A program made the position numbers and the translations under genes. The notes under the pieces were generated by a model. The model was not told the DNA's origin and searched no databases. It saw nothing but the letters and a program-made list of their open reading frames with translations. A stretch of DNA of 64,000 nucleotides from Harriotta raleighana (taxonomy: Eukaryota), in NCBI GenBank assembly GCA_050575255.1, contig JBNZDD010013717.1, positions 3,864,120-3,928,119 on the forward strand. Reading direction: 5' to 3'. Shown in pieces: positions 53,671 through 64,000 of this stretch. The stretch's first letter is position 1, and every line of letters starts with the position of its first letter.

Positions 53671-54040
53671 CTACAATGAAACAGACTTAACATGAATACG
53701 TATATTGTAGAAACATGGATTGAATTATATATGAAGTCATTTAGCAAAATGAAACGTGTGAAGTGCAGCCCCACTATAAGTTGTTCTTAAAAGCCCCAAA
53801 TCTGTTATCACCCTGTGGCAGTGAGGATCCTAGCGTTCATCAGGTTGTCACTGAGTAACACTGCAGTGACCCTCCACACACGCCCCTAACCCCACCCACC
53901 AGAATATTGAACATTTTTTGTTTTGGTGTGGGAACCAGTCAGAATACTTCCAGTACACAGGCCAGGATGCACATGCTGTAAAAACCATGATTGTCCCATG
54001 CTGTATTATGGGTTGGGATCTTATGATCCCAAACAATATA

Positions 54041-54721
54041 TAGTAAATTTTGTTTATCCGTGACCCAAATAACTAGAAAACCCGTTCAACCGCCATCTCA
54101 AAAAATGTCCTGATTCAATTAACCAGACGTTATCCAAATCCGGCGAATAGGGATGACGTGTTTAATGTCGGATCTAAACTCTTTTTTTTTTTACCTCCTT
54201 CGGATGAGTGCTGCCGTTGTGAAGTTAAGTATAAATAATAAAGTACTAACACTGGTATAGGTAGCGGCCAGAGAGGGAGGGAGGGGGTGGTGGGGGAATG
54301 GAGAGGGGAGGAAATGGAGAGAGAGAGAGGGGGGGATGGAGAAAAGAGAGGGACGGGGGGAAAGCATAATGGAGCGAGAGAGAGAGTGAGGCAGGTAGGT
54401 TGATGCAGAGAGAATGGTGGGGATGGAGAGATGGAGGAAACGGAGAGAGAGGGGGAGAGAGAGGTGGGGTGGGGGGAATGGAGTTTTGTTTTACCTCCGT
54501 CGAATCACTGCTGCCGTTGCAAAGTTAAGTATAAATAATAAAGTACTAATACAATATTCTGTTATTATTTAGTCTATTATTAATATGGTATGTGTTAAAA
54601 TAATTTGTAATTTTTTAAAAAATTAGATTTTTTTAAAAATATTTTTTAAAAACCCCGTTCAACCAGAAATTTGTTTAACCTGGCCAGGTCCTGTGGGTGC
54701 CAGATAAACAAGGTTTTACTG
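54041..54721. mobile_element. MITE copy F with internal purine-rich tract and internal duplication
   Basis: TA|TAGTAAATTTTGTTTATCCG ... GATAAACAAGGTTTTACTG|TA. Confidence 0.85.
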
Positions 54722-54819
54722 TATAATAAAAAGGCTACAGTGTACATTTCTGCATAAATATATACAATAAAGATTTTTGTAGCCCAATATCAACATTTAT
54801 TTGCAATAAAAAGGAATAC

Positions 54820-55000
54820 CAAAAGGTTGTGAATGCTGGATCCATTCAAATTTTCAAGATTGAAATGGATAATGTTTGTTAGGTAAGGGTATCAAGGGAT
54901 ATGAGGTAAACACAATTAATGGAAGTTGAGGTATAGATTAGCCATGATCCAACAGAATGGCAGAACAGGCTGAAGGACCTGAATAACCTAGTTCTGTTTG
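54820..55000 (+). mobile_element. CR1 3' end remnant
   Basis: TTTCAAGATTGAAATGGA ... AAGGGTATCAAGGGATATG ... AGCCATGATC ... GAATGGCAGAACAGGC; similar minus-strand remnant at about 28240-28330. Confidence 0.65.
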
Positions 55001-55023
55001 TATATAAGTTATAATTATAGTAA

Positions 55024-57115
55024 AACAACAACAACTTTGATTTATATAGCGCCCTCCACTCCGGATGGTGTCTCAGAGCATTTCACAATAGCTGATCCCC
55101 GGACCGAGCCAGGGGCAGGGGCAGAAAGGTGACCAAAAGTGTGGTCGAAGAGAAAGATCTTCAGCTGTGATCTGAAACTGGAAAGAGAGGCACCGAGGCG
55201 AAGGGAGTGAGGAAGGGAGTTCCAGAGCCTCAGGGCGTAGTGGCTGAAGGCATGGCCACCAAGGGTGGGGCGGAGGATTCGGGGGACATGGAGGAAGCTA
55301 GACCCAGAGGAGCGAAGGCAGCGGGTGTTGGTTTGGGTAGAGAGGAGATCAGAGAGATAGGGGGGTGCAGAGGAGTGGAGGGATTTGAAAACAAGGATGA
55401 GGATCTTGAAATTGATCCTCTCTGGGATAGGGAGCCAGTGAAGTCTGGGAAGGACTGGGGTAATGGGGGAGCGAATCTTGGAGCAGATGAGTATGCGAGC
55501 GGCAGAATTTTGGATTAGCTGGATTTTGGGGATTGTGGTGAAGGGGAGACCGGGAGGAGGGCATTATAATAGTCCAGCCGAGAGGTAACAAAGGCATGGA
55601 CCAAGGTTTCAGCGGCTTTTGGAGTGAGGTATTGCAGAAGATGGGCGATCTGTCAGAGGTGGTAGAAGACAGTGCTGGTAACGGACCGGAAAGGGGGGAG
55701 GAAGAACAGTTTGGGGTCGAACCTGACGCCAAAGTTGCGTAAAGGTTTGGAGAGTTTTAGGGACAGGCTGGGAAGGTGGAGAAGGTGAGAACCATGTGAA
55801 TGGAGACATTGACGAAAGCCAAGGAGTATGGCCTCCATTTTGTCGACATTCAGCTGCAAGAAATTTGCGCTCATCCAGCCCCTGATGTCTGAAAGGCAGG
55901 CTGACAGAACATCAGGGGACTGGGGATCTCAAAGTGAAGTGGAGAGTCGCGTGTCATCCGCGTACATGTGGAAGTGTGCCCCATGTCTGCGGATGACATC
56001 CCCAAGAAGGAGCGTATAGATAAGGAAAAGGAGGGGGCCAAAAATGGATTCCTGGGGTACCCCACAGGTAACTGGGTAAGAGCGGGAGGAAAAAACGTTT
56101 GTGGAGATATACTGCTGGCGGTTTGTGAGGTAGGACTTGAACCAGGCGAGTGCGGTCCCACTGAGGTGGATAACGGAGAACAGGCGGTAGAGGAGGATGG
56201 CGTGATCGATTGTGTCGAATGCAGCCGACAGAAGGTTAAGGAGGCAGAGGGAGCCCTGGTCGCAGATAGAGAGGACGTCGTTTGTGAATTTCACAAGCGC
56301 AGTCTCTGTACTGTGGGCAGGGTGGAAACCGGACTGGAAGGATTCGAAGAGGGAGTGGGAGGAGAGGTGGGCGCTGAGTTGGTTTGGAAGTCGCAAAGTT
56401 GCAAGTTGAAGTTGCCCATGATGAACAGGCGTTCAGAGGACTTTAGGGTTGTTGTTTGCCTCCAGAATGATATTGGAATAGTAAGCCGTTTTTGCTTGAC
56501 ACAAGGAATGGCGGTAGCTGTGGAGATGCTCGAGCCACAGTTGTTTGTGAACCGTGAGACCAGTTTTCTGCCACCTGCGCTCGAGCAGCCAGGTTTGGCA
56601 TTTGAGGGTGCGGAGATGAGTGTTGTACCAGAGGGAGCGGGTAGGGTTGGAAATGGACCTGGATTTCAGGGGGACGAGAGTTGAAGGTGGAGGAGAGGTG
56701 ATCATGGAGCAGCTGGACAGCTGCTTCAGGAACGCTGTGGGTGGACCAAAGGGGTAGGATGTGAGGGCCTCTGTGAGGGTTTCAGGGGGTAGACTTTTCC
56801 ATGGGTGGAAAAGTATGGTTGAGGGCTTGGTGGAGGGAAGAGGGATGGAAGAGGAGAAGGAGACAAGAAAGTGGTCCGAGATGGTCTTGTCCGAGATGCT
56901 GAGGTCGGAAATGTCAAGGCCGTGGGTGATAATGAAGTCGAGGGCGTGGCCACAGTTGTGGATCGGGGAGTCAATGTGGAGGGTGAGTTTTAGGGAGGTG
57001 AGGAGGGCAGTGAAATCGGAAGAGGTGGTACAGGGGGTTTAGGTGGAGGTTGAAGTCACCCATGATGAGCAGGCGTTCAAAGCTGAGGGACAGGGAGGAG
57101 AGGAGAGTGGAGATA
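55024..57115 (-). mobile_element. Longest L2 LINE copy (endonuclease end, tether, internal deletion, RT, 3' tail)
   Basis: LIMGDFNLH and ISDHF (APE endonuclease); FQSGF..HSTETALV, SAAFDTIDH, GVPQ, YADDT (RT); tail (GTT)n. Frameshifted, not intact. Confidence 0.93.
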
Positions 57116-57717
57116 TTGAATGGAGAGTGGAGATATAATAATACAACAACTTTAACAAAGGATTATTATTATTATTCATGCCAACTGTTTTGTGCCAGCC
57201 CAAAATGGTGTTCTGTAAAAACAAAGCTAATTGCCCAAGAATCTGAAGCTATTTGCCTGAATTTAGAAGGTGGGGAAGAAAATATGTAAAACAAGTCAGT
57301 GTATAGCTCAGTGCAAAATGTTCCTGCCAGTAATACTGTAATTAACTTATAGAGAATTAAATTTGTGTGTGCTGTCATACATAGATTACAGTGGAGTCTT
57401 ATTGTAATGTAGGATCTACAAAATCCCAACCCACTTTATAGTGAGGTGTGACAGTTTACTTCACTGTACATCCATGCAGATGGCTTGTTCCTGGCTAGGT
57501 CATCTAGATGGCTTGGCTAGGTCATCTTGTCACCAAATTTGTCACTTCCAGTCTGCTGTGCATGTGGATATCAATCATTTTTAGCAGCAAAAAACCAATC
57601 AGCACACGGGAAGTGAGTAGGTCAGCTGTGTGCATACACAGTGATTGAGATTACAGTGAGACTGCATTATAATCACATTTGTTTTGTAAATAAGTGCCTG
57701 CACTCCAATATGTAATA

Positions 57718-58130
57718 ATAATTCCTGCTTTTGATGCAGCACTTTAACAGATCAAAATTCTCAAAATACTTCAGATCTTTCTTTAAAGTGAACGTAACTT
57801 TGTATTAGTGGGCAAATGTGTTAGTCATCCGTACATAACAAAGAACAGCAATGAAATTAATTATCTTTTTTTACTCCTCCGGGGACTTGTTGGCCAGAAT
57901 AGGGGGGAAATTCCATTCACATTTCAATTACTGTCATGGGATCTTTGATGTCCACATGAAAACAGGCAGAAGGGACCTCAATTGGATGTCTCATCCGAAG
58001 GACAGCATTTCCCAAAATACAGCACTCTCCAATGCTGCCTTTGATTGTCAGCCAACACTATAGAAGCTCAACACACTCACATTGGGCTTGCACCTCCGCC
58101 TTTCTGACTAATGAGTGAGTGTTATCAAAC
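57718..58130 (-). mobile_element. Older Deu-SINE family (SacSINE1-like) copy
   Basis: CATGGGATCTTTGATGTCCAC ... TCTCATCCGAAGGACAGCA ... TTCTGACT, recalled from shark Deu-SINE bodies; a similar decayed copy lies at about 460-745. Confidence 0.6.
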
Positions 58131-58396
58131 GCAAGGACTATTTATTATTATTAGTTCTGCCAGTTTTACACTTGTGCTATTGAGTAACCTGTAATTGAAG
58201 GTCAGTCCACAAAATGGCTGGATAACTCCGATACTCACCGTTATCACAGTCTACATTTCAGGATTAAAATCATTCACATCAATTCTCTGTAGCATTACAG
58301 GAACACCAAAAGAGTCTTCCTTTTTAGCAATGGATTTAAGATCAATAATTTACGAAGGTTTTTCCACATATAAAAATGCTAATTTTAAATCCATAC

Positions 58397-58475
58397 CCAG
58401 ACTTGTGTAGATTTCCCTTGTAATGTTGAATGGTGATGATGAAAAGGTTTTGGCATAAAACCTTAGACTTTTGTC
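58397..58475 (-). CDS. TBC1D32: TBC1D32 exon: DKSLRFYAKTFSSSPFNITREIYTSL
   Basis: 79 nt, catcag| ... |gtatg, phase 0-1. Confidence 0.93.
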
Positions 58476-59365
58476 CTGATGGAAAAAAAGCACACTACAT
58501 CAAAGCCGTTACTTTGTATGTCTTTTGTAACATGTAGAAATATTGATGTTTATCAAATTCAAAAACACAAATCAAATTTGTATGTTACAGGGTACAAAAC
58601 CTAAAGCTGAGAAATACAATTTGTTTAATTCTACTGTAAGATATCCTATACAATTTATTCTATTGTACTTCTTATCCTCTGGGAAATCTGGGAGGGGGAA
58701 GAGAGGAGCGACATTGTTGGCAACAGATTGTTTGAATCAAGATATTCCTTTGTGGTAGTTTTGCTGGTAACTAAGCTAACTACAGGTATGCAACACTCTA
58801 AGGCACTGATGACAGATCAGTCAGCCTAGCTCTACATCAGCAAACTTGGAAGGGAATTCAATTTGGGGACAGGGAATCTTCCCACTCAATGCCTGTTAAC
58901 CCACAAACCCTAAAGGATAGGTAGCAGGAGGAAGCTTCTCAAACAGTGCTCTAAATGACAAACTAAGTAGTTTTACCTGATTAACCTCCACCAGTACACC
59001 AATTTACACTTTGGTGTTCCCAAATATTGCCAACCTATGCCAAATACTCTCCAGAATTAAATATGTCGGGTGCATTGCTCCAGGGAAGGAATACGTATTC
59101 CATTCAGACACAGGAAAAATTCAAAGTATGAATAGCAAATGTATGTGGCTTGAAATCTAAAGCATGGTGATGAGTTATTCTATATGTCCATTTGGCCTGT
59201 ATGGTCAAAAAATATTTAGTTACCTTAGTACCTTATTAGCTAAAGAAAAGTTTAGTTGTCTATTAAACTCCTTTGCAGATTTGTCTGTAAGGAAAATTGC
59301 TATAATTCTAAATTGAAAAAGCTATTCATTAATGTTTAGTAAATGGGTGCATTTTCATCAGTTAC

Positions 59366-59491
59366 ACTCAGTGTAGCATCTGGATCTGAAAGCATTGTTG
59401 CAAGACATTTGCGGAGAGTGACCCAACATTCGCAGTTTAGTACATCGGATGGGGGAGCACAGCAAAGCATCTGCAAAGCCTCCCTTCGAAC
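59366..59491 (-). CDS. TBC1D32: TBC1D32 exon: [42 protein letters not shown]
   Basis: 126 nt, tttcag| ... |gtaac, APPSDVLNC motif, phase 0-0. Confidence 0.94.
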
Positions 59492-59895
59492 CTGAAAAAA
59501 AGCAGAATTGAATCAGACCATTTCCACCAAGACTCTAAGGCCTCATAGAAACTTTAAATGCCCAAATGAAAATTATATCTGATTTTAAGAAGTCAAGAAG
59601 TTATTATTTTGAAATTTCAAATGTATCTCCAGGTGTAACTGAATAACTGTGCAGCAATAAAATAAAAACACATATTCATAGAAACAACTGTCTGTGCAGT
59701 TCTAATATAATGCTGAGAGAAGCAAACATGTTTCAATGCTATAGAACTGAACTGTTTGGACAGTAATTTTTTTTACAACTTTTAGAAAACACCATTTTCT
59801 GTAATCTGCTTTTACCTTGTGCAAACTGAAGGCTGTTGATGAACACAGACACTTCCAGTAATAACCTGCAACAAATCCCACAAAATAATTCTCAC

Positions 59896-59967
59896 CTCCT
59901 TGGGCTGCGAAGAATCCAGTCTTTCTGCTATAATCTCTAATTGTTCCTGATTCATAAAGGTGTAGCT
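59896..59967 (-). CDS. TBC1D32: TBC1D32 exon: SYTFMNQEQLEIIAERLDSSQPKE
   Basis: 72 nt, acceptor ctgcag|, donor GAG|gtgag, phase 0-0. Confidence 0.92.
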
Positions 59968-60559
59968 CTGCAGCAAAATGTTAAATTATAATTAATAATA
60001 AGAATTGTAAAACTAAATAATTTAATGAGTATTCATTAAACTGAGTATNGCTCTCCTGCTCTGTCCTGCTCTCTCTCTGTCCTCCACACCTCCTATTCCC
60101 ACTTGACCATCCCACAGACTCCCTCTGTAACAGGCCAGGAATCCTCCGCCGGGCTCACCGTGGCACTCAGCGTTGAATGTCCAACAGCAGCCACACTGAC
60201 TGCCCCATAAACTATAAATATAATTTTGTTGTTGTTGTTGTTGTTTGAATCACCACCAGAGGGTAAACAGTTTCCTTGAAACCATAGTTTAGCAAGGAGT
60301 GAATGCCTTCACGAAAGAATGGCAGAAAATTGGAATAGCGGAAAAGATTATTTTCCAATATACAGGTATTCCCAGGTTTTGTGCTGTGTGTATATACAAA
60401 GATCTCGAATTCAAAAAATATTTTTAAGATGCACGAAGACAGGAGAACATGAACAACAATGTACAGTGCCTTTCATGTCGGGAGGACATCTCGAGGTGCT
60501 GTCGACAGTCAGGTTTTGTTAACTTTGACTATCTTCAAAATTTGGCAGTGAATTGGGCA

Positions 60560-61525
60560 AACAACAATAACAACAACAACAACAAATACATTTGTATAGC
60601 GCCTTTCACATCGGGAGGATGCCGCAAGGTGCTGGACAGTCAGTGTTTCAGACTTGAGCTAAGGTCGGAATCGGGGAGGGTGGAGGGAAAGGAGGTGAGG
60701 GGGGTGACCAATGGGACCGTCGAAGAGGAGAGTCTTAAGGTGGGACTTGAAGGAGACCAGGGAGGGTGGAGACAGAGTCGGGCAATGTTGAGGAGGTGGG
60801 TGAAAGCAGAGTGGGTCATGGCTTGGATGTGGGTGAGGAAAGACAGTTGGGGATTGAACAAGACACATAGGTTCCCAACTGGCTTGGTGACGTTGAGTGT
60901 GCAACTATGGAGATTGATGCCGCCAGCTCCTGATGAGTAAGGCGCTGCTGGCATGAGCCAATCAGGAGGGTCTCGGTCTTGTTGACATTCAACTGTAGAA
61001 AGTTAGCTCTTATCCAGGAGTTGATGTCTGACAGGCAGTCTGTCAGGACAGCAGTGGTCCTGGAATCGAGTGTAGAGGCAGAAAAATAGAGTTGGGTGTC
61101 ATTCGCATATATGTGGAAGTTGACCCCATGTCTGTGGATGATGTCACCAAGGAGAAGCATGTAGATATTGCAAAGTAGGGTCCAAGGACAGAGCCCTGGG
61201 GGACACCACAGGAAAATATGCACAGTGGTCCTGGAATCGAGTGTAGAGGCAGAAAAATAGAGTTGGGTGTCATTCGCATATATGTGGAAGTTGACCCCAT
61301 GTCTGTGGATGATGTCACCAAGGAGAAGCATGTAGATATTGCAAAGTAGGGTCCAAGGACAGAGCCCTGGGGGACACCACAGGAAAATATGCAGGGGTTG
61401 GAGAAGCTGTTGGTGGTGACAGTGAGAGAGGTAAGTGTCGAACCAGACAAGGGCAGGTTCATGAAGATTGAGCTGGGAGGACAGGCAGTATAGAAGGATG
61501 GAGTGGTTAAAGGTGTAGAGGTGCA
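60560..61525 (-). mobile_element. L2 RT/3' fragment with a 171-bp internal tandem duplication
   Basis: [29 protein letters not shown]; (AAC)n tail at 60560. Confidence 0.9.
61052..61393. repeat. Perfect 2 x 171 bp tandem duplication
   Basis: 61052-61222 and 61223-61393 read identically. Confidence 0.92.
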
Positions 61526-61529
61526 AAGC

Positions 61530-61730
61530 GCAAAATTAGGACAGATAAAAGGAAGTTTTTCTTTACTCAGAGGGTAATGAACAACTGGAACAGCCATTGA
61601 CAGGAAGGGTAGGTGAGGTTAGGAGACTGTGTTGATGCTTTAATGGGAAGACAATAGAATGGATACTCTGGCAGGATAAGAGTAAATGGATTAAGAGGCT
61701 TTCTTCATTCAAACTGATCTTGTGATCGAT
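61530..61730 (+). mobile_element. CR1 3' remnant
   Basis: FFTQRVMNNWNS motif. Confidence 0.6.
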
Positions 61731-62519
61731 CAGTTTGTCTCAATGATGGAAGAGTGTTTGCTGAGGAAGGCTATAGAAATTAATGGTTTGAAAATTTAAG
61801 TGAGCATAGTGGAAAGATTATTGGGTTGGAACTGCAGAGCAAGAAAAGAATGCAAGCACAAAGGCATTTTACACATCTGGTAGCAATTGTTTCAGGAAGT
61901 ATTCTACCGTAATATATTAATTAAATCTGCACAGATTGACTCCGATCAGGAGAACAAAAATGATAGAGATGTCTGACGATAGCAAGAGAAATAAAATGAG
62001 TAGCTATCTGTTTACTCGTTGAGCCAAAAGTGAATAGTAAAGCCATTTGAATGCTCTGAATTTACATAAAAGAATAATTCCTAGGCAAATGTCTAGTTTC
62101 TAATTACTCAAATTTGCTTTCCTTTGAATTCTTACATATACAACCATCCTTAGTTTTTTTTTACTATAACTGACCAATAGAATTATGGATCCTGTGCTGT
62201 GCTCTGCAGTTTCCCCCTATGAAAAAGACTACGCCACATTTGCCAGTATAAAAACTTCCATAGTAAATCAGAATTCAATCTAAAAAATATCATTAATCCA
62301 AAGCATAATGGCAACTTTAATTATATTGAATAGATGGAGTGGAAATTATTCGAATTCACTAAGATGCAAATCAATTCAGTCATTAAGAATTTATAAAGAA
62401 TTCCTGTTATGACAAGAGGCACTACTTTTAATTGGCTACTGCCAAAACACAGTCACAATTCACAGTATATCCTGTAAAGCACTTTGAATACATCATCCCG
62501 ATGTGAAAGGCGCTATACA

Positions 62520-63210
62520 ACAACAATAAAATTAAATTTGCAGGATGGCTTTCACATCGGGAGGATGTCCCAAGGCACTGAACAGTTAGGGGTCAGGACC
62601 CAAGCATGGGAGAGTGAGGTATAAGCTTGGAATGAGGGCAGAGCGGAAGGGGTGAAAGCATGGTCGAAAAGTTGGATCTGGGGTCGTGCCTTGAAGAAGA
62701 CAAGGGAGGGAGCAAGACGAAGGGCTTGCGGGATGGAGTTCTAAAGCGTGGAGCAGAGAGACTGAAAACCCAACCACCAATAGTGGGGTGGGTCGGGTGG
62801 GAGACATGCAGCAGGCTGGAGCCTGATGAACGGATGGATCGGTCAGGTTGATAGGGGTCAGCAGGTCAGAGAAGTTGGAGGGGACAAGGCCATGGCGGGT
62901 CTTGAAAGTGAGGACCAGGATCGTGAATTCTATCCTCTGAGAGATGGGGAACCAGTGGAAGTGGGCAACAATGGTAGTGATGGGGTCCCAGAGCCGGGTG
63001 CGGATGAGAACACGAGCTGCAGAGTTTTGGATGATCTGCAGCTTGTGGAGGGAAGCATTGGGGAGGCCGACAATGGGGGAGTTTCCATTGTCGAGCCTAG
63101 AGGTGCAAATGCATGTATGAGGGTTTCAGTTACCTAAGGGGTGAAGCAATGGTGGAGTCGGGCAATGTTATGGAGGTGGTGAAGGGCGGTGCTGGTCATG
63201 GCACAGATTT
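62520..63210 (-). mobile_element. L2 LINE 3' fragment
   Basis: HKLQIIQNSAARVL, FHWFP, tail. Confidence 0.85.
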
Positions 63211-63239
63211 GGAAGCAAAACAACATACAAAATGAAGGA

Positions 63240-63842
63240 TTATTATTAGGCTATTAGTTTAAATCGCACCATAGAGGTTTCTAAATGCTTTTCAGTGATG
63301 GTCAGCCAGACCAATATCCCTGACACATTACATATGAATGGATGTTACGTTTCTTAGTATATTTGATCTTCCTAAAATAGCCACTTTATGGAAGAGGTGT
63401 ACTTTTTGTGCACCGTGTACTCTCAAGACTATCAATTTATGAATTCTGATATTATCATCCCAGTTGCAACAATGATTATTGAGTGCTCGTTTTGTACTGA
63501 GAGCACATTCAATTGGTAAATCAATATCTTCTCTAGTTTCTTATTTTGTACATCGTAATCACCTGTGATAGCCACATCAATAGTACTGCTTGTTTAATCT
63601 ACTTTTTTTAATATCTGGTGTACTACAGATTATTGTTCTATTTGTATGAGTCCCAGATTACTGTAATGATATTTTATGATGTTTTACCAGTTGGTCTTAT
63701 ATCCATATCAAAGTGTTTACAAATTGTCCAGTGGATATATTTAACTGCATGTCGATTCAGATACTTTTGATTGCACCAGGTTGGACATGATGTCAATATG
63801 TAGTCTACTATTTCTGGTGCTTGATGGCATTTCAGATCAATA
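63240..63842 (-). mobile_element. R4/Dong-like (restriction-like endonuclease) non-LTR retrotransposon, 3' fragment
   Basis: Decayed zinc knuckle C..APEIVDYILTSC...YLNRH..YIHWTICKHF, then IWD, TPDI, IDVAITGDYDVQNKKLEK, DLPIE and terminal KVAILGRSNILRNV, with frameshifts; TAA repeats at both junctions. Confidence 0.75.
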
Positions 63843-63878
63843 TTTTTATTATTATTAATAATGTTGTCATTATTGTAC

Positions 63879-64000
63879 CTGATTGAATGAGGAGCCACTG
63901 TCAGAACAGTTATCCACAGAATAACCACTGCGCTGCTCATGTTGCTTTTTTCTGTGTAGTTCTTCTTTTCTTAGTTGATCTTCTTCAAACTTGTTGATCA
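63879..64000 (-). CDS. TBC1D32: TBC1D32 coding exon, truncated at window edge: INKFEEDQLRKEELHRKKQHEQRSGYSVDNCSDSGSSFNQ
   Basis: Similar to human INKFEEDE...DNCSDSDSSLNQ; donor CAG|gtacaa, phase 0. Confidence 0.92.

Larger units (their letters stand above)
7322..64000 (-). other. TBC1D32: TBC1D32 (broad-minded/BROMI) gene body, 25 internal coding exons; N- and C-terminal exons outside the window
   Basis: Hand-spliced translation matches my recollection of vertebrate TBC1D32 colinearly (e.g. [71 protein letters not shown]). All introns are GT-AG and phases match across all 24 junctions. Confidence 0.96.

Noticed and set aside
55929-56684. Long ORFs (155 aa minus, 238 aa plus) as genes
   Set aside because: A frameshifted L2 RT fragment and its antisense shadow.
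60816-61597. 236-aa and 184-aa ORFs with internal repeats
   Set aside because: Produced by the 171-bp duplication within a dead L2.
1-64000. CRISPR arrays, operons or other prokaryotic systems
   Set aside because: The sequence is a spliced vertebrate gene with no regularly spaced repeat-spacer structure or dense ORFs.

Overview
Vertebrate genomic DNA: AT-rich introns, GT-AG splicing, dense L2/CR1/Deu-SINE repeats. The repeat set suggests a cartilaginous fish, possibly a chimaera/elephant shark (inference). The whole window lies inside one minus-strand gene, TBC1D32 (broad-minded/BROMI, a ciliary Hedgehog regulator). I traced 25 consecutive coding exons by hand, from 64000 (truncated) down to 7322: about 2750 nt, roughly 917 codons, with compatible phases and no internal stops. 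Both gene ends lie outside the window. The introns hold L2 and CR1 LINE fragments, tRNA-headed Deu-type SINEs, a TA-flanked Tigger/pogo-like MITE family (6 copies) and rarer remnants: an R4/Dong-like RLE retrotransposon in TAA repeats, RTE, L1 and a possible LTR plus leader. Nearly all ORF-track entries are spurious, repeat-derived or exon read-throughs. I see no convincing new multi-gene system. The best leads are the R4/Dong-like element, an inverted SINE pair whose arms share private variants, a templated insertion at an L2 deletion junction, and some candidate alternative or recursive splice sites. Exon and most MITE boundaries were counted to the base; other repeat boundaries are approximate.
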